DNA from: Eledone cirrhosa
Taxonomy: Eukaryota
Length of the DNA: 64,000 nucleotides
Direction: 5' to 3'
Assembly: GCA_964016885.1 (NCBI GenBank)
Contig: OZ024743.1
Location: 3,720,001 to 3,784,000, forward strand
Part shown: in pieces, positions 54,411 through 64,000 of the stretch
How the letters are laid out: every line of letters starts with the position of its first letter
Position numbering within the stretch: the stretch's first letter is position 1
The notes under the pieces: generated by a model
Database searches by the model: none
The model's input: the letters and a program-made list of their open reading frames with translations, nothing else
Told to the model about the DNA's origin: nothing
Made by a program: the position numbers and the translations under genes

Positions 54411-56354
54411 ATGTTAAACGCAGCGAACGAAAATAGTGGTGGGGGGACAGCGGTAAGAGTTGTAAGCTCGCACGCTTTAGTCCCCCCTTCCTTCCCAACT
54501 AACGTCATAGAGAAGGAAGGAAAAATTAAAATAAAAACAGACGAATCTGCGGAGAAAAAAAATGACGAAAACACAAATCTGGACATGGATTCCAACAACG
54601 AAAAAAAAAAATTTGAAAAATTGCATGACAATACTAATAATACAAACAAAGACACAACAAACACAAAAATAACATTTGAAAATAACACCATAACAGAAAG
54701 CAAAGCAGACGACAAGATTTCATTTGCACAGACAACAAAGAAATCTTTGACTTATATACCGGAAAATATTTCAGATGTGGCAAGAAGAATCACAGACGCC
54801 AAACAATACATAAGTGAAGGAGAGAATGGTATTTTATCGGTAAAAATGCCTCAAGAATTCACCAAAGACATTGAAATCCGAACGGTCAAGTTTCGCACCA
54901 TCAACAACAGTACAAAAAAACCTGAACAGCCTTCTCAGGCAGATATCAAAACAGTACTCACAGAAGTACTTAATGAAACCACTTTCATAAGAAAAGACAG
55001 ACTGTATGGAAGCCTAGCAATTATCATGAAGAACGAATCGGCGGCAAAAAAATGTGCTTTGTCACCGATTCGTTCGAAAAATTTTACCTTTTATCCATCT
55101 TATATGGGTAAAAGAACTCAACGCATATGGCTGGATGCAATGATGCCAGATGTGGACTACTGCTGGCTCATAGCTGGCTTCATCGATCCAGTGAATGACA
55201 ACGTGATTTCCATTGGGAAAACCACAGGCAATGCGTTCAGTGGAACAGGTATAGAGCTGGTAGTGCAAATGAAGCCTGAACGCATCGCCCAAATACCCGA
55301 CAGAATCCTATTAGAGGGCCACGGGTATATAAACATTAGCGTGGAGGGGAGAAGGCCGTCCTGCCATATCTGTGCAGGCAGAGGGCACCTGAAGGCCGCT
55401 TGTCCCCAACTCAACAAAAAGAAAACCCTGCTACCAACACCAGCTCCACCACCACCACCACAACAGATAAACAAACAACAAAACTCAGTCCCACCCAACC
55501 CGTCCCTCAGTAAAACCACACCACCACCACAACATAAACAGTCACAACACATTACCCCAAAACAAAATACAGGCCCACCCAACCTCTCACTCAATAAAAC
55601 AACACAACCACCGCAGACACAACACACAACACAGTCTAACATAGTGACATCCATCTCCCCCACAAAGAAAACCAACACGGAAACATTACCAGCAAACATA
55701 CCTCTTCCCTCCAACACTGAAGATAACCCAACGAATTCGGAGGAAGAAACGGAGTCCTTCAGACAGATTAAAAGGAAAAAAAGAAAACATGTGCAAAACA
55801 CACAAGGCCAAACAACCCCCACCCAAATCTCAACACAATCCAACAAAACAGAAAACACCCCTCCAGCAACAAACAAAACCAAACCTGCCCCTCCCCTCTT
55901 CGAAACACTCACACCATCCGAAAAAAAGACATTACACTATACTTACATCAACAGAAACAATAATAAATTAAATGAACTCATATACAATAATCCTTCGGTA
56001 CAAACCGAAGGTGTAAACTTTGTTTCGTCAGAAAACTACCCACATTTAAAATTAATAAAGATCCCAATGAACCTCTACCAAAAACTAAAAAAGGATTTTA
56101 AGGAGGACGTAGGACCACCCTCTGTCAAACCCATAAACCGCGTCCTACTAAAAAGCTTTCCCCCTCCCCTTCCCCTCCCCAACACAACTCCAAACACCCC
56201 AACCCCACCACACACTGACGACCCCACACCACCACAAGACACCCTTCACCCAACACCCCCGACCCCATGGAAGTCGTGCAACCCGAACCCCGGGAAGCGG
56301 AAAGGTAGGTCTCTACACTCTCCTTTGGCTCTGCCGCCCACATGGATGTGTTAA
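54411..56354 (+). CDS. Tx1-like ORF1 protein with a CCHC zinc knuckle and a Pro/Thr/Gln-rich C-terminal half
   Basis: First ATG at 54411 (frame open from 54261); CHICAGRGHLKAAC is CX2CX4HX4C. Confidence 0.85.
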   Translation: MLNAANENSGGGTAVRVVSSHALVPPSFPTNVIEKEGKIKIKTDESAEKKNDENTNLDMDSNNEKKKFEKLHDNTNNTNKDTTNTKITFENNTITESKADDKISFAQTTKKSLTYIPENISDVARRITDAKQYISEGENGILSVKMPQEFTKDIEIRTVKFRTINNSTKKPEQPSQADIKTVLTEVLNETTFIRKDRLYGSLAIIMKNESAAKKCALSPIRSKNFTFYPSYMGKRTQRIWLDAMMPDVDYCWLIAGFIDPVNDNVISIGKTTGNAFSGTGIELVVQMKPERIAQIPDRILLEGHGYINISVEGRRPSCHICAGRGHLKAACPQLNKKKTLLPTPAPPPPPQQINKQQNSVPPNPSLSKTTPPPQHKQSQHITPKQNTGPPNLSLNKTTQPPQTQHTTQSNIVTSISPTKKTNTETLPANIPLPSNTEDNPTNSEEETESFRQIKRKKRKHVQNTQGQTTPTQISTQSNKTENTPPATNKTKPAPPLFETLTPSEKKTLHYTYINRNNNKLNELIYNNPSVQTEGVNFVSSENYPHLKLIKIPMNLYQKLKKDFKEDVGPPSVKPINRVLLKSFPPPLPLPNTTPNTPTPPHTDDPTPPQDTLHPTPPTPWKSCNPNPGKRKGRSLHSPLALPPTWMC

Positions 56355-59300
56355 GAGTAGGATGTTTGAATGCACGTGGCCTGGGCTCAACTTGGAAGCA
56401 AGCAAAGCTTCTAAATGACCTCAGGTCATGTAGTATAAATGTAATGGTTATCTGTGAGACTCGAATCAGCGTCGTGCGGCAGCTGGCCCCCACCTTCGAT
56501 GACTTTGAGGTGCATGCATCTCTCTGTCAACCTGGAGGTGGGGGTGGGGTTGTCGTACTGCTGCAAAAACACCTGGGTCTTGCCGTACAGGTTGTGCACT
56601 CGGACCCGGAGGGTCGTTTGTTGGTGCTAGACGTTGGCAGTAGTGAAAGTGCGGCCTTGAGACTGGTTGCCGTCTACTCTCCTTTCGGAGCTGAACGGCC
56701 CGACTTCTTCCAGCGTTTGGAGACTTTTCTGGGAACGTCGCGTTCCCTGCTTCTAGCGGGGGATTGGAATGACATCCTAGATGCACGTTGGGACTATGCA
56801 GGAGCATGTCCTAATAGAGGGGGGTGTAACATCCTCAAGGGGTTACTCGACCGTTTTAACTTGGTCGATAGATATCGACTAGATTTTCCAACTGTGCCTA
56901 CCTGGACTTGGAGAAACCACAGTGGTCAATCTAGATCGTACTTAGATAGATTCTTAGTTAGAAGTAAGGATAGGGACATATTAAGCTGTCCAGAAATGCG
57001 CACGGTTGGCTACACGGATCACAAATTAGTGACCTGCGTAGTCAATCTCGAGAAAACACATAAACAGGGTCCCGGTTACTGGAAACTTAATTTGTCTTTA
57101 CCGGCAAAAGAGACTTACAGAAACCGGATTAGCAGATTAGTTAAGGAGAGGTTGACGGGTGCAATCGTCAACAACCGATGGTGGGCATCTCTCAAAAGAG
57201 AGATTAGAACAGAATCAATAAGTTATAGCAAGATGTTAGCTGCCGATAGGAATAGAAACGAGAAAGAATTAACAGGTAAATTAGAAGAGGCAATCAAGAG
57301 CGAAGATGTGGCCAGAGTGCTGGCATCGAGGACGGCCTTGAACCAGTTTTTCGATGCAAAGCACGAAGGCTGCGTCATTCGAAGTAAAATACGTGCTCTA
57401 GGTAATGAGGGGGCCAAAGCCGTTGGCTGGGCCCGCGTGACAGAATCTAAGAGTGGAAATCGATCCACCATCCGGTCGTTGCAAGACGAAGATGGACGGG
57501 TGATCCGGGAGCCTAAGCAGATGTGCGAGGCCTTTCAAAGGCACTTTGCCCGATTGTTCGGGGGAGGCGAGGGTCCGGGCGGGGGCGTGGATTTCGGTCC
57601 ATACCTCGACGGCCTGCCGCGTCTCTCGAGCGAAGAGGCAGAGTCCTGCGAGGGACCAATCTCGGCTGATGAGATCGGAGATGCGCTGAGCCAATGCAGC
57701 AGACGCAAATCTCCAAGTCTCGATGGTATACCTTACGAACTTTATTTAGCAATGCCGGTCTTCTTCTCCGAACTCCTCGAAGCGGTCTACTGCAATTGGC
57801 AGCAGAACGGGAGAATTCCTTGTTCTGTAGCCAAGGGCGTAGTCACGCTGGTGAGGAAGGACGAGAACAAGGGAGATAGTATAAATAATTTTCGGCCCAT
57901 AACCCTGCTAAACACAGAGTTAAAGATTTTGGCCAAGGTGTTAGCAAAGAGGTTGGCGCTTGTCGTGGGTGGCCTGGTGGGAGATGCGCAGACATGTGCT
58001 ATCCCATCCAGGTCCATTCACGATAACCTCCACCTTATGCGATACATCATAGAGAGGGTTGGCAACAAACCCGGCTTCGGTGGGGCCCTGATCAACTTGG
58101 ATCAGTCTAAGGCCTTCGATAGGGTCGACCATGGTTACCTGGATGCGGTGCTAGCGGCGGCTGGGTTCGGTCCTGTTTTCAGAGGCTGGATCACTGCCTT
58201 ACATAGCAACCACATCTGTTCTAGGATCAAGGTGAACGGCTACCTTTCGAAGCCGTTCGAAATCACACGATCCATTCGACAGGGGTGCCCTCTCTTCTCC
58301 CTTCTGTACGTATTGACTCTCGAGCCTTTACTGAGGAAGTTGGAGTTGTTGCAGGGTATCCCCCTGGAACCAGGATTGAGCAAAGCGGTGTCGGCCTACG
58401 CCGATGACGTAACAGTAATGGTATCGACCGACTCGGAGATCGAGGCGATCGGTACCTTACTGGAGGATTACGAAAGGTTGTCAGGAGCGAAACTGAACCG
58501 GGAAAAATCCATCGGGCTGCAACTCGGAACGTGGAGAGGCAGACCGATGCCTCCTGACGGTGTCGTCGGACACTGGACGGAGGGCCCGGTAAAGTTGCTT
58601 GGGGTCTGGTTTGGACCGGACCTCCAGGTGGAAAAGAACTGGAACGAGGTTACGAACAAGGTGTTTGCACTAACCCAGAAATGGGCCAAGTGTAAGCTGT
58701 CCCTAAAAGGCCGGGCGGAGGTGGTGAACATTTACATAGCGTCCGTCACTTACTACCGCCTGACTGTCGTGCCTTGCCCTAAGGAAACACTCACCACCAT
58801 GGAACGCATGCTCTTCCAATTTCTTTGGAAGAAGCGCCCTCCTATGGTGAGAAGATCCATCTGCTGCCAACAACCTTCGAAAGGAGGGCTGGGGATGCCG
58901 TGGTTGATGATGCGTAGGCACGCATTAAGGCTACGGCACCTACAGGTATTCCTCACTGGTCAACCGGTGTGGGCTCCGTTCGTGAAACGAGCCTTTCCGA
59001 GACTCGTCTCGCTCACCGAGCTACAGTCCTGGGTCAAGCAAAGATCCGGAAAACTGGGAGACTGGCACACTGAGTGTGCTCAGGCGCTCAGGGCTCTCTG
59101 GCAAGCGGGCCAGGCCATCGGTGGGGAATCCACCTCATCATTCTATAGAGGGCTGGTGGCTAGCAGGGGCGATGACACCCTTGGAGAGTCGCTGGACATG
59201 GAAGAAGACGAACTGGCCAGCCTGTTCGGTAGGACTTTCGGCCCAGGACCAATGGACAACTTCCAGAAGTCACTGGCCTGGCAGTGCTACCGGGGGGCTC

Positions 59301-59779
59301 TACCCGTTCGAGAGAGGCTCTACAGACACGGGCGCCCGGTCAGGGATCCCTCAAAAAAGATTTGCCCTAGATGCGTGCGTCACGAAGAAACCGTTGCGCA
59401 CGCATTGGTGCAATGTCCGGGCGTGGCTGATCTGTGGGGCTACGCCGAACGACTGCTGTCGCGGGTGGCGCCGATTAAATTGACCGCCGAGTCCGTGATG
59501 ACAATCAAACCGCCTCCCCTCTTCACAAAGGAAGCAAAGGCGATTTTTCTGTGCGTAATAGCCATGTTGAAAGAGGTTGTTTGGTGGACACGATTGAAAG
59601 GTCTGAGGTCAGGCAACTTCCTCTCTGGCCATAGTCTGGTCTACTTCTTCCGATATCACTTCGGAAGAAGGATAAGAATGGAGAGAGAGGTGCTTGGCCA
59701 CAGGCAGTTTTATGAAAGGTGGGTGATAGTGGCGAGAATGGCTCATGTAAGTGGGCCATCTCTGTATACCATCCTGTAG
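56342..59779 (+). CDS. Tx1-like ORF2: APE endonuclease, reverse transcriptase and C-terminal CCHC
   Basis: 1145 aa; LNARGL, CETR, GDWN, SYLDRF, TDH; GPGYWKLN; KAFDRVDH, RQGCP, YADD; CPRC..EETVAHALVQC. Confidence 0.95.
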   Translation: MDVLRVGCLNARGLGSTWKQAKLLNDLRSCSINVMVICETRISVVRQLAPTFDDFEVHASLCQPGGGGGVVVLLQKHLGLAVQVVHSDPEGRLLVLDVGSSESAALRLVAVYSPFGAERPDFFQRLETFLGTSRSLLLAGDWNDILDARWDYAGACPNRGGCNILKGLLDRFNLVDRYRLDFPTVPTWTWRNHSGQSRSYLDRFLVRSKDRDILSCPEMRTVGYTDHKLVTCVVNLEKTHKQGPGYWKLNLSLPAKETYRNRISRLVKERLTGAIVNNRWWASLKREIRTESISYSKMLAADRNRNEKELTGKLEEAIKSEDVARVLASRTALNQFFDAKHEGCVIRSKIRALGNEGAKAVGWARVTESKSGNRSTIRSLQDEDGRVIREPKQMCEAFQRHFARLFGGGEGPGGGVDFGPYLDGLPRLSSEEAESCEGPISADEIGDALSQCSRRKSPSLDGIPYELYLAMPVFFSELLEAVYCNWQQNGRIPCSVAKGVVTLVRKDENKGDSINNFRPITLLNTELKILAKVLAKRLALVVGGLVGDAQTCAIPSRSIHDNLHLMRYIIERVGNKPGFGGALINLDQSKAFDRVDHGYLDAVLAAAGFGPVFRGWITALHSNHICSRIKVNGYLSKPFEITRSIRQGCPLFSLLYVLTLEPLLRKLELLQGIPLEPGLSKAVSAYADDVTVMVSTDSEIEAIGTLLEDYERLSGAKLNREKSIGLQLGTWRGRPMPPDGVVGHWTEGPVKLLGVWFGPDLQVEKNWNEVTNKVFALTQKWAKCKLSLKGRAEVVNIYIASVTYYRLTVVPCPKETLTTMERMLFQFLWKKRPPMVRRSICCQQPSKGGLGMPWLMMRRHALRLRHLQVFLTGQPVWAPFVKRAFPRLVSLTELQSWVKQRSGKLGDWHTECAQALRALWQAGQAIGGESTSSFYRGLVASRGDDTLGESLDMEEDELASLFGRTFGPGPMDNFQKSLAWQCYRGALPVRERLYRHGRPVRDPSKKICPRCVRHEETVAHALVQCPGVADLWGYAERLLSRVAPIKLTAESVMTIKPPPLFTKEAKAIFLCVIAMLKEVVWWTRLKGLRSGNFLSGHSLVYFFRYHFGRRIRMEREVLGHRQFYERWVIVARMAHVSGPSLYTIL

Positions 59780-60639
59780 GTAAAGAAGTAAAGGAGAGGG
59801 GAGCACCTTCTCCATGTGCTCCCCGGGCAAAGGATTGCACACTTTTTCGGGGGTGTGTGCAACCCCCATCACATCCCCTCCCTTTTGAGGTTATTTTCGA
59901 TTATTTTCATGTTACACCCTTTTTACTCGATTATATGTAAACTCCCCCCCTGTATTTGTCCCTTCTTTTATGCCTTTATGGTAAATAAAGAAATATATCT
60001 ATCTAATCATATCATAATTCATTTCCCGTCTCCTATATATATTTGACGTTTCATCTGGTAAAGCCAGCGTCATAATTGAATATGTTTGATTGAAAACAAT
60101 CGTAACATGTCCGTTGCTGTCACCAAGTTGGCCTCGATATAATATATTAGATATGCTTTGTCTAAAATTGTTCCAATATATATATATATATCGTTTTTGT
60201 ATCTGTATTGATAGGTTCATGATGTTAAACCGTGTATTGAAAGGGTTATTGTCCTAATCCTAACTCGAATTGGAGATAAGATGGCAAACTGCCGATAAAT
60301 AATCACAGTAGCGTGAAGTTTTTGACTTTAGTTTATTGTATTTTATTGGTACTACTAAGGATTGAAAGTATTCAGATTTTTTTATCCTGATAATTATCTC
60401 TATACTACAAAATCGCAGAATTTTTAAAGATATATTTAAACGAAATAAATCCAGCGAATTCAGTTTGAACTTGGTTAAACTTACAATGAGGTGGAGACAC
60501 AAATATTGGTATGTGACAAACGACTAGCGAACATGACAATATGAAGCAAAGAGACAAAGAGAGCAAAAGAAAACCAACCACCTGCGCACATTTGCACACA
60601 CAGGTACATATGTGCACATAATGAGAACTTGGCTGGTTA

Positions 60640-61230
60640 TAATCAATTGGCAGTAGCACTAAAATAGCGTTAAGCATAATAAGGATGTATATGAAAGCAC
60701 ATACTATATGTTTATAAACAATAAACATATGAGAGCCTCGCTATCCAAGAAAAATTGTTTTTTCTTTCTTTCACTCAGTGAACATATCACAGATATATCA
60801 ATATATGTTGATAATGCTGGACAGCTGTTTTAAGATTCGTTAATCTCGCATTAATCACATTCACACAACCGTTACTGAGATGAAAATAAACTGGAGCCTA
60901 TATACATTTTGCGTGATAAACACTTGCCTGAGAAGCTCTTTTACATACAGCAAATATGAAACGTCAGCTGGTAATGCTCATTTGCATATAGTGTAAAATT
61001 AGATGGTTATAATTAATTGGCAGTATAGTATATGATTTCATACACATCCCTTTTATACTTAACGCTGTGATATTGCTACTAAGGTATCGGTAAAGAGCAA
61101 AAGAGTGAAAAATATTTTTTCATAACGAAAAAAATATTTATTGTTTGATAGCGAGGTAATCGTATGTTTATTGTATATAAACATATATACGCATATGATA
61201 TGTACACATATGTGTCTCTGGGGATGTATA
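60640..61230. mobile_element. Imperfect inverted-repeat (MITE-like) element
   Basis: atatgtttataaacaataaacatatgagagcctcgctatccaagaa (about 60706) is an imperfect inverted copy of ttgtttgatagcgaggtaatcgtatgtttattgtatataaacatat (61141); related to 7200-7620. Confidence 0.55.
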
Positions 61231-61389
61231 AAACATTCAAAAATATTACATGGCATGAATTTAGATAAACCGAGGAGGTGTTGATGTACAAAAATATATA
61301 TATATAACGAAGGAAGTGTGGTAAGGAACCAAGTGGACCATAACGCACCAGAGTACTCAATACTTAGGGTAGTAGAGTGGGTAATACGA

Positions 61390-61501
61390 AATTGTTCAAG
61401 ACCCCGACGGCAGAGCTCAAGCCGTTTCGACGGCTATTTCTGGCCCGGCCCAGAAATAGCCGTCGATCCGGCTTGAGCTCTGCCGTCGGGGTCTTGAACA
61501 A

Positions 61502-61503
<2 letters not shown>
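61390..61503. repeat. GC-rich 114-bp fold-back palindrome beside (TA)n, containing the 3' half of a hammerhead
   Basis: 54-bp arms with 2 mismatches and a 6-nt loop. Confidence 0.9.
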
Positions 61504-61571
<68 letters not shown>

Positions 61572-61961
61572 GAGAGATATGTGTATGCATGCACATATGT
61601 TTTGACGTCATGAATGAGAGATGCCATAAAACTTGTATTAAGTTTTAAGTATTTCTTAACATATGTGGGCAGTATTTCCCATTCTTTTCATCCGTCAGAT
61701 GTGTTGATACTGAATGCAATGCTCAGCTTTAAGATTAATTACTACACTGTAAGTTAAGATCATTCTGACGCCATTCATCCGTCTTATTTCAATGACATTG
61801 TACTCAACCTAATATGTTAGTAATAAAATAATCTATTTTGAATACAAATAACTGGAGTCCTATTGAAGAAATTTAGCTGATATGTAAGATTGAACATACG
61901 TTGACTAACTAAAACCTCACAACGCTTTGTTAACACAACATTGTAAACATTATATTGCATT

Positions 61962-62152
61962 GGTGGATTGGCAGTATCGACAGAGGGTCGGGCGCCATGC
62001 TTTGAAGCATAGAGTTACCTCCCTTTATGATCTGAGTTCAAATTCCGCCGAGGTTAACTTTGCCTTTCATCCTTACGGGGTCGATAAAATAAAGTACCAG
62101 TAATGCACTGGAATAATTGCTGGCCTGGTGCCAAAAGTAGAAACAATTATAT
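61962..62152 (+). mobile_element. SINE family A
   Basis: Full copy. Confidence 0.9.
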
Positions 62153-62567
62153 TGAATTGGGAATTATGTGATTATGTTTAGGTTGGCAGTCATTCATGAA
62201 TCTAGAGAATAATTCAAACACTATCCAGACAAGAATTCAATTCTTAATTTCCTGTGTAAGTAGTCAGTGAACGCAAAAGATTTAATCTCACAATTACGTC
62301 TATTATTACTTCCACAAAGCGTAATATACTGTCTTTGATTTGTATTTAGTCTCATTTGATTACATGATAACCGACATATAAAATAAACTCACTATAAGTG
62401 CACACAGTCATCGAAATACTCGTTCCACAGAGACAGTAAACAATCTGCTTGGATGCAAAGTTAGAGAAAGAAGGAAAGAATGAGGAGAATTATTATTAAG
62501 GAACATGCACCATAATATTATAAGCTTTATTCTAATTAAGGAAAAAAAAATGAAATCGGTATTTTAA

Positions 62568-63069
62568 TCTATTGAATATTTAGAAACGTCAACTTATTTT
62601 TTTTTACTATGAAAATGTCTTACAAATTGGGCATAAAACGAACGGAAAAAAGTTGATAGCGCCACTCCCCCTCCCTTCTCCACGGGTGACGTTGTCAATT
62701 TCTGTTCGTTCAAAGGCTTTTATGCCCAATTTGTAAGTCAAACAATTCATTGAAGCTTCTAGATTTTCAATAAATATATATCCGCTCACCATTTCTAAAA
62801 ATAGATCAGTGTTTACATTCTGGTCAATTGATAAGACTCCAAAATATTGGAAAACCAGTCAGTCTCGCTTTGGATCAATCGGTATAGCTCGGCCGACCAG
62901 CATACGACAAATATAAGTTCTAGTCCCACGTGTGACGTTGTCAACTTGTTTTCCGTTCAGGTTCTTTTATGTCCAATTTGTTAGACTATTTTTCATAGTA
63001 AAAAATATGTTGAAGCTTCTAAATTTTCAATAAATATATATCCGCTCACCGTTTCTAAAAATAGATCAT
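62568..63069. repeat. One inverted plus two direct copies of a 100-140 bp unit
   Basis: 62686-62810 and 62932-63069 are direct copies; 62570-62665 is their inverted copy. Confidence 0.75.
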
Positions 63070-63673
63070 AATTTAATCGTTTAAGTATATGAATGATTTT
63101 ATTATGTATCGTAGTAAAGCTACAGAGGTAATATTTCAAAGCATTACGATGGCACATTGTATTGCTCCTACGTCAATAACAAGTGAATACTTTTGATCAA
63201 GTTATACCTAGAAGGATAATTATAGAATTCTAAGCCTGTAAACGCATCTATTTCTTTCATGTAGATTAACTGAAATGATATTGCATGAATCTTATACGTT
63301 ATACATGAAATAACATGGTTTTACCGTAGAACTAATCATTCTGTGGTCTTGTCATGTCCTTAAACTGCAGTGGTAGCCGAAATGAATTCCTGAAGTAATG
63401 ATGTAAAACTATAGAAATGATTGCAACGGAGAAACCTGCAAATAGAGGGTGCTTATAGGATCTAGTGAGAGATTTACACTTATGAAATTCAATAGTAGCG
63501 AAATACAATAAGGCAATTATTTCCCACCTTTGAATTTTAATTCCATATGTTTCTGAAAGGATATTTCTATCTTCCGAAGTTGATATAAAAAGTATCAGTG
63601 AAGTATTGTGGTCGATTTAATTTTAAGGCAATAAATTTGAGGAAAGTTTGTTCAAATGAATATCAAGCAGATA

Positions 63674-64000
63674 TTTAGAACGTATCAGAGGGTTCTTCCT
63701 GTTCCCAGCAAGCATGCCGTTTGAAGTTTTCCAAAAAAGGGGGCTGGACTAATGTTCTTTAACCATCCTTGAAAACTCTTTGAGATAGTACCTAGTGCTT
63801 TTATGACATTCGGGACGACCTTGATCTCATGACAGTCCCAAATCCTTTCTAACTCCCACGATTAAATCCTGGTATCGGTTAATTTCTCCTTCTCCTTTTC
63901 TTGCACTCTCGTGTCAAAGGGACAGGCTACATCCACAATCAGGCACGATCTTTTTTCCTTGTCCAAAACCACCAGCTCAGGCCTACTGTGTTCTAATTTC
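63674..64000 (-). mobile_element. R4/Dong-clade LINE 3' end (RLE domain), extends beyond the window
   Basis: HSRPELVVLDKEKRSCLIVDVACPFDTRVQEKEKEK...LERIWDCHEIKVVP...LQTACLLGT. Confidence 0.85.

Larger units (their letters stand above)
54176..59995 (+). mobile_element. Full-length, apparently intact Tx1-clade (L1 group) non-LTR retrotransposon
   Basis: Two long open ORFs; AATAAA at the 3' end; TSD tatctatctaatcata at 54160-54175 and 59996-60011. Confidence 0.92.

Noticed and set aside
54329-59872. Antisense ORFs within the Tx1 element
   Set aside because: Shadows of ORF1/ORF2 codon bias with no motifs
60041-60078. Minus-strand atgacg-ctgg..ccag-at-GAAACGTC
   Set aside because: Core has a substitution and a deletion, and helix I is poor; may be chance

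Overview
AT-rich, repeat-saturated metazoan genomic DNA with no recognisable host protein-coding exon. The SINE and microsatellite content resembles an octopus/cephalopod genome (inference). It contains: (1) one apparently intact, full-length Tx1-clade (L1 group) LINE at 54176-59995, with ORF1, ORF2 and a 16-bp target-site duplication (TSD) at the edge of a (TATC)n tract; (2) decayed LINE fragments of the Tx1, CR1, RTE and R4/Dong clades; (3) about 25 copies or fragments of one tRNA-derived SINE, several stacked at a shared target site, plus a second SINE family with a CORE-like segment; (4) very long microsatellites, and two minisatellites derived from a SINE head and from a LINE endonuclease. 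The least expected signal is a set of short non-coding modules embedded in or beside (TA)n/(CA)n/(TACA)n tracts. They carry minimal type-I hammerhead ribozyme motifs, some with long helix-II insertions, and several are duplicated into long fold-back palindromes or partial tandem repeats. This resembles non-autonomous Penelope-like pLTR or retrozyme derivatives. All structures were read by eye; no folding or database search was run.
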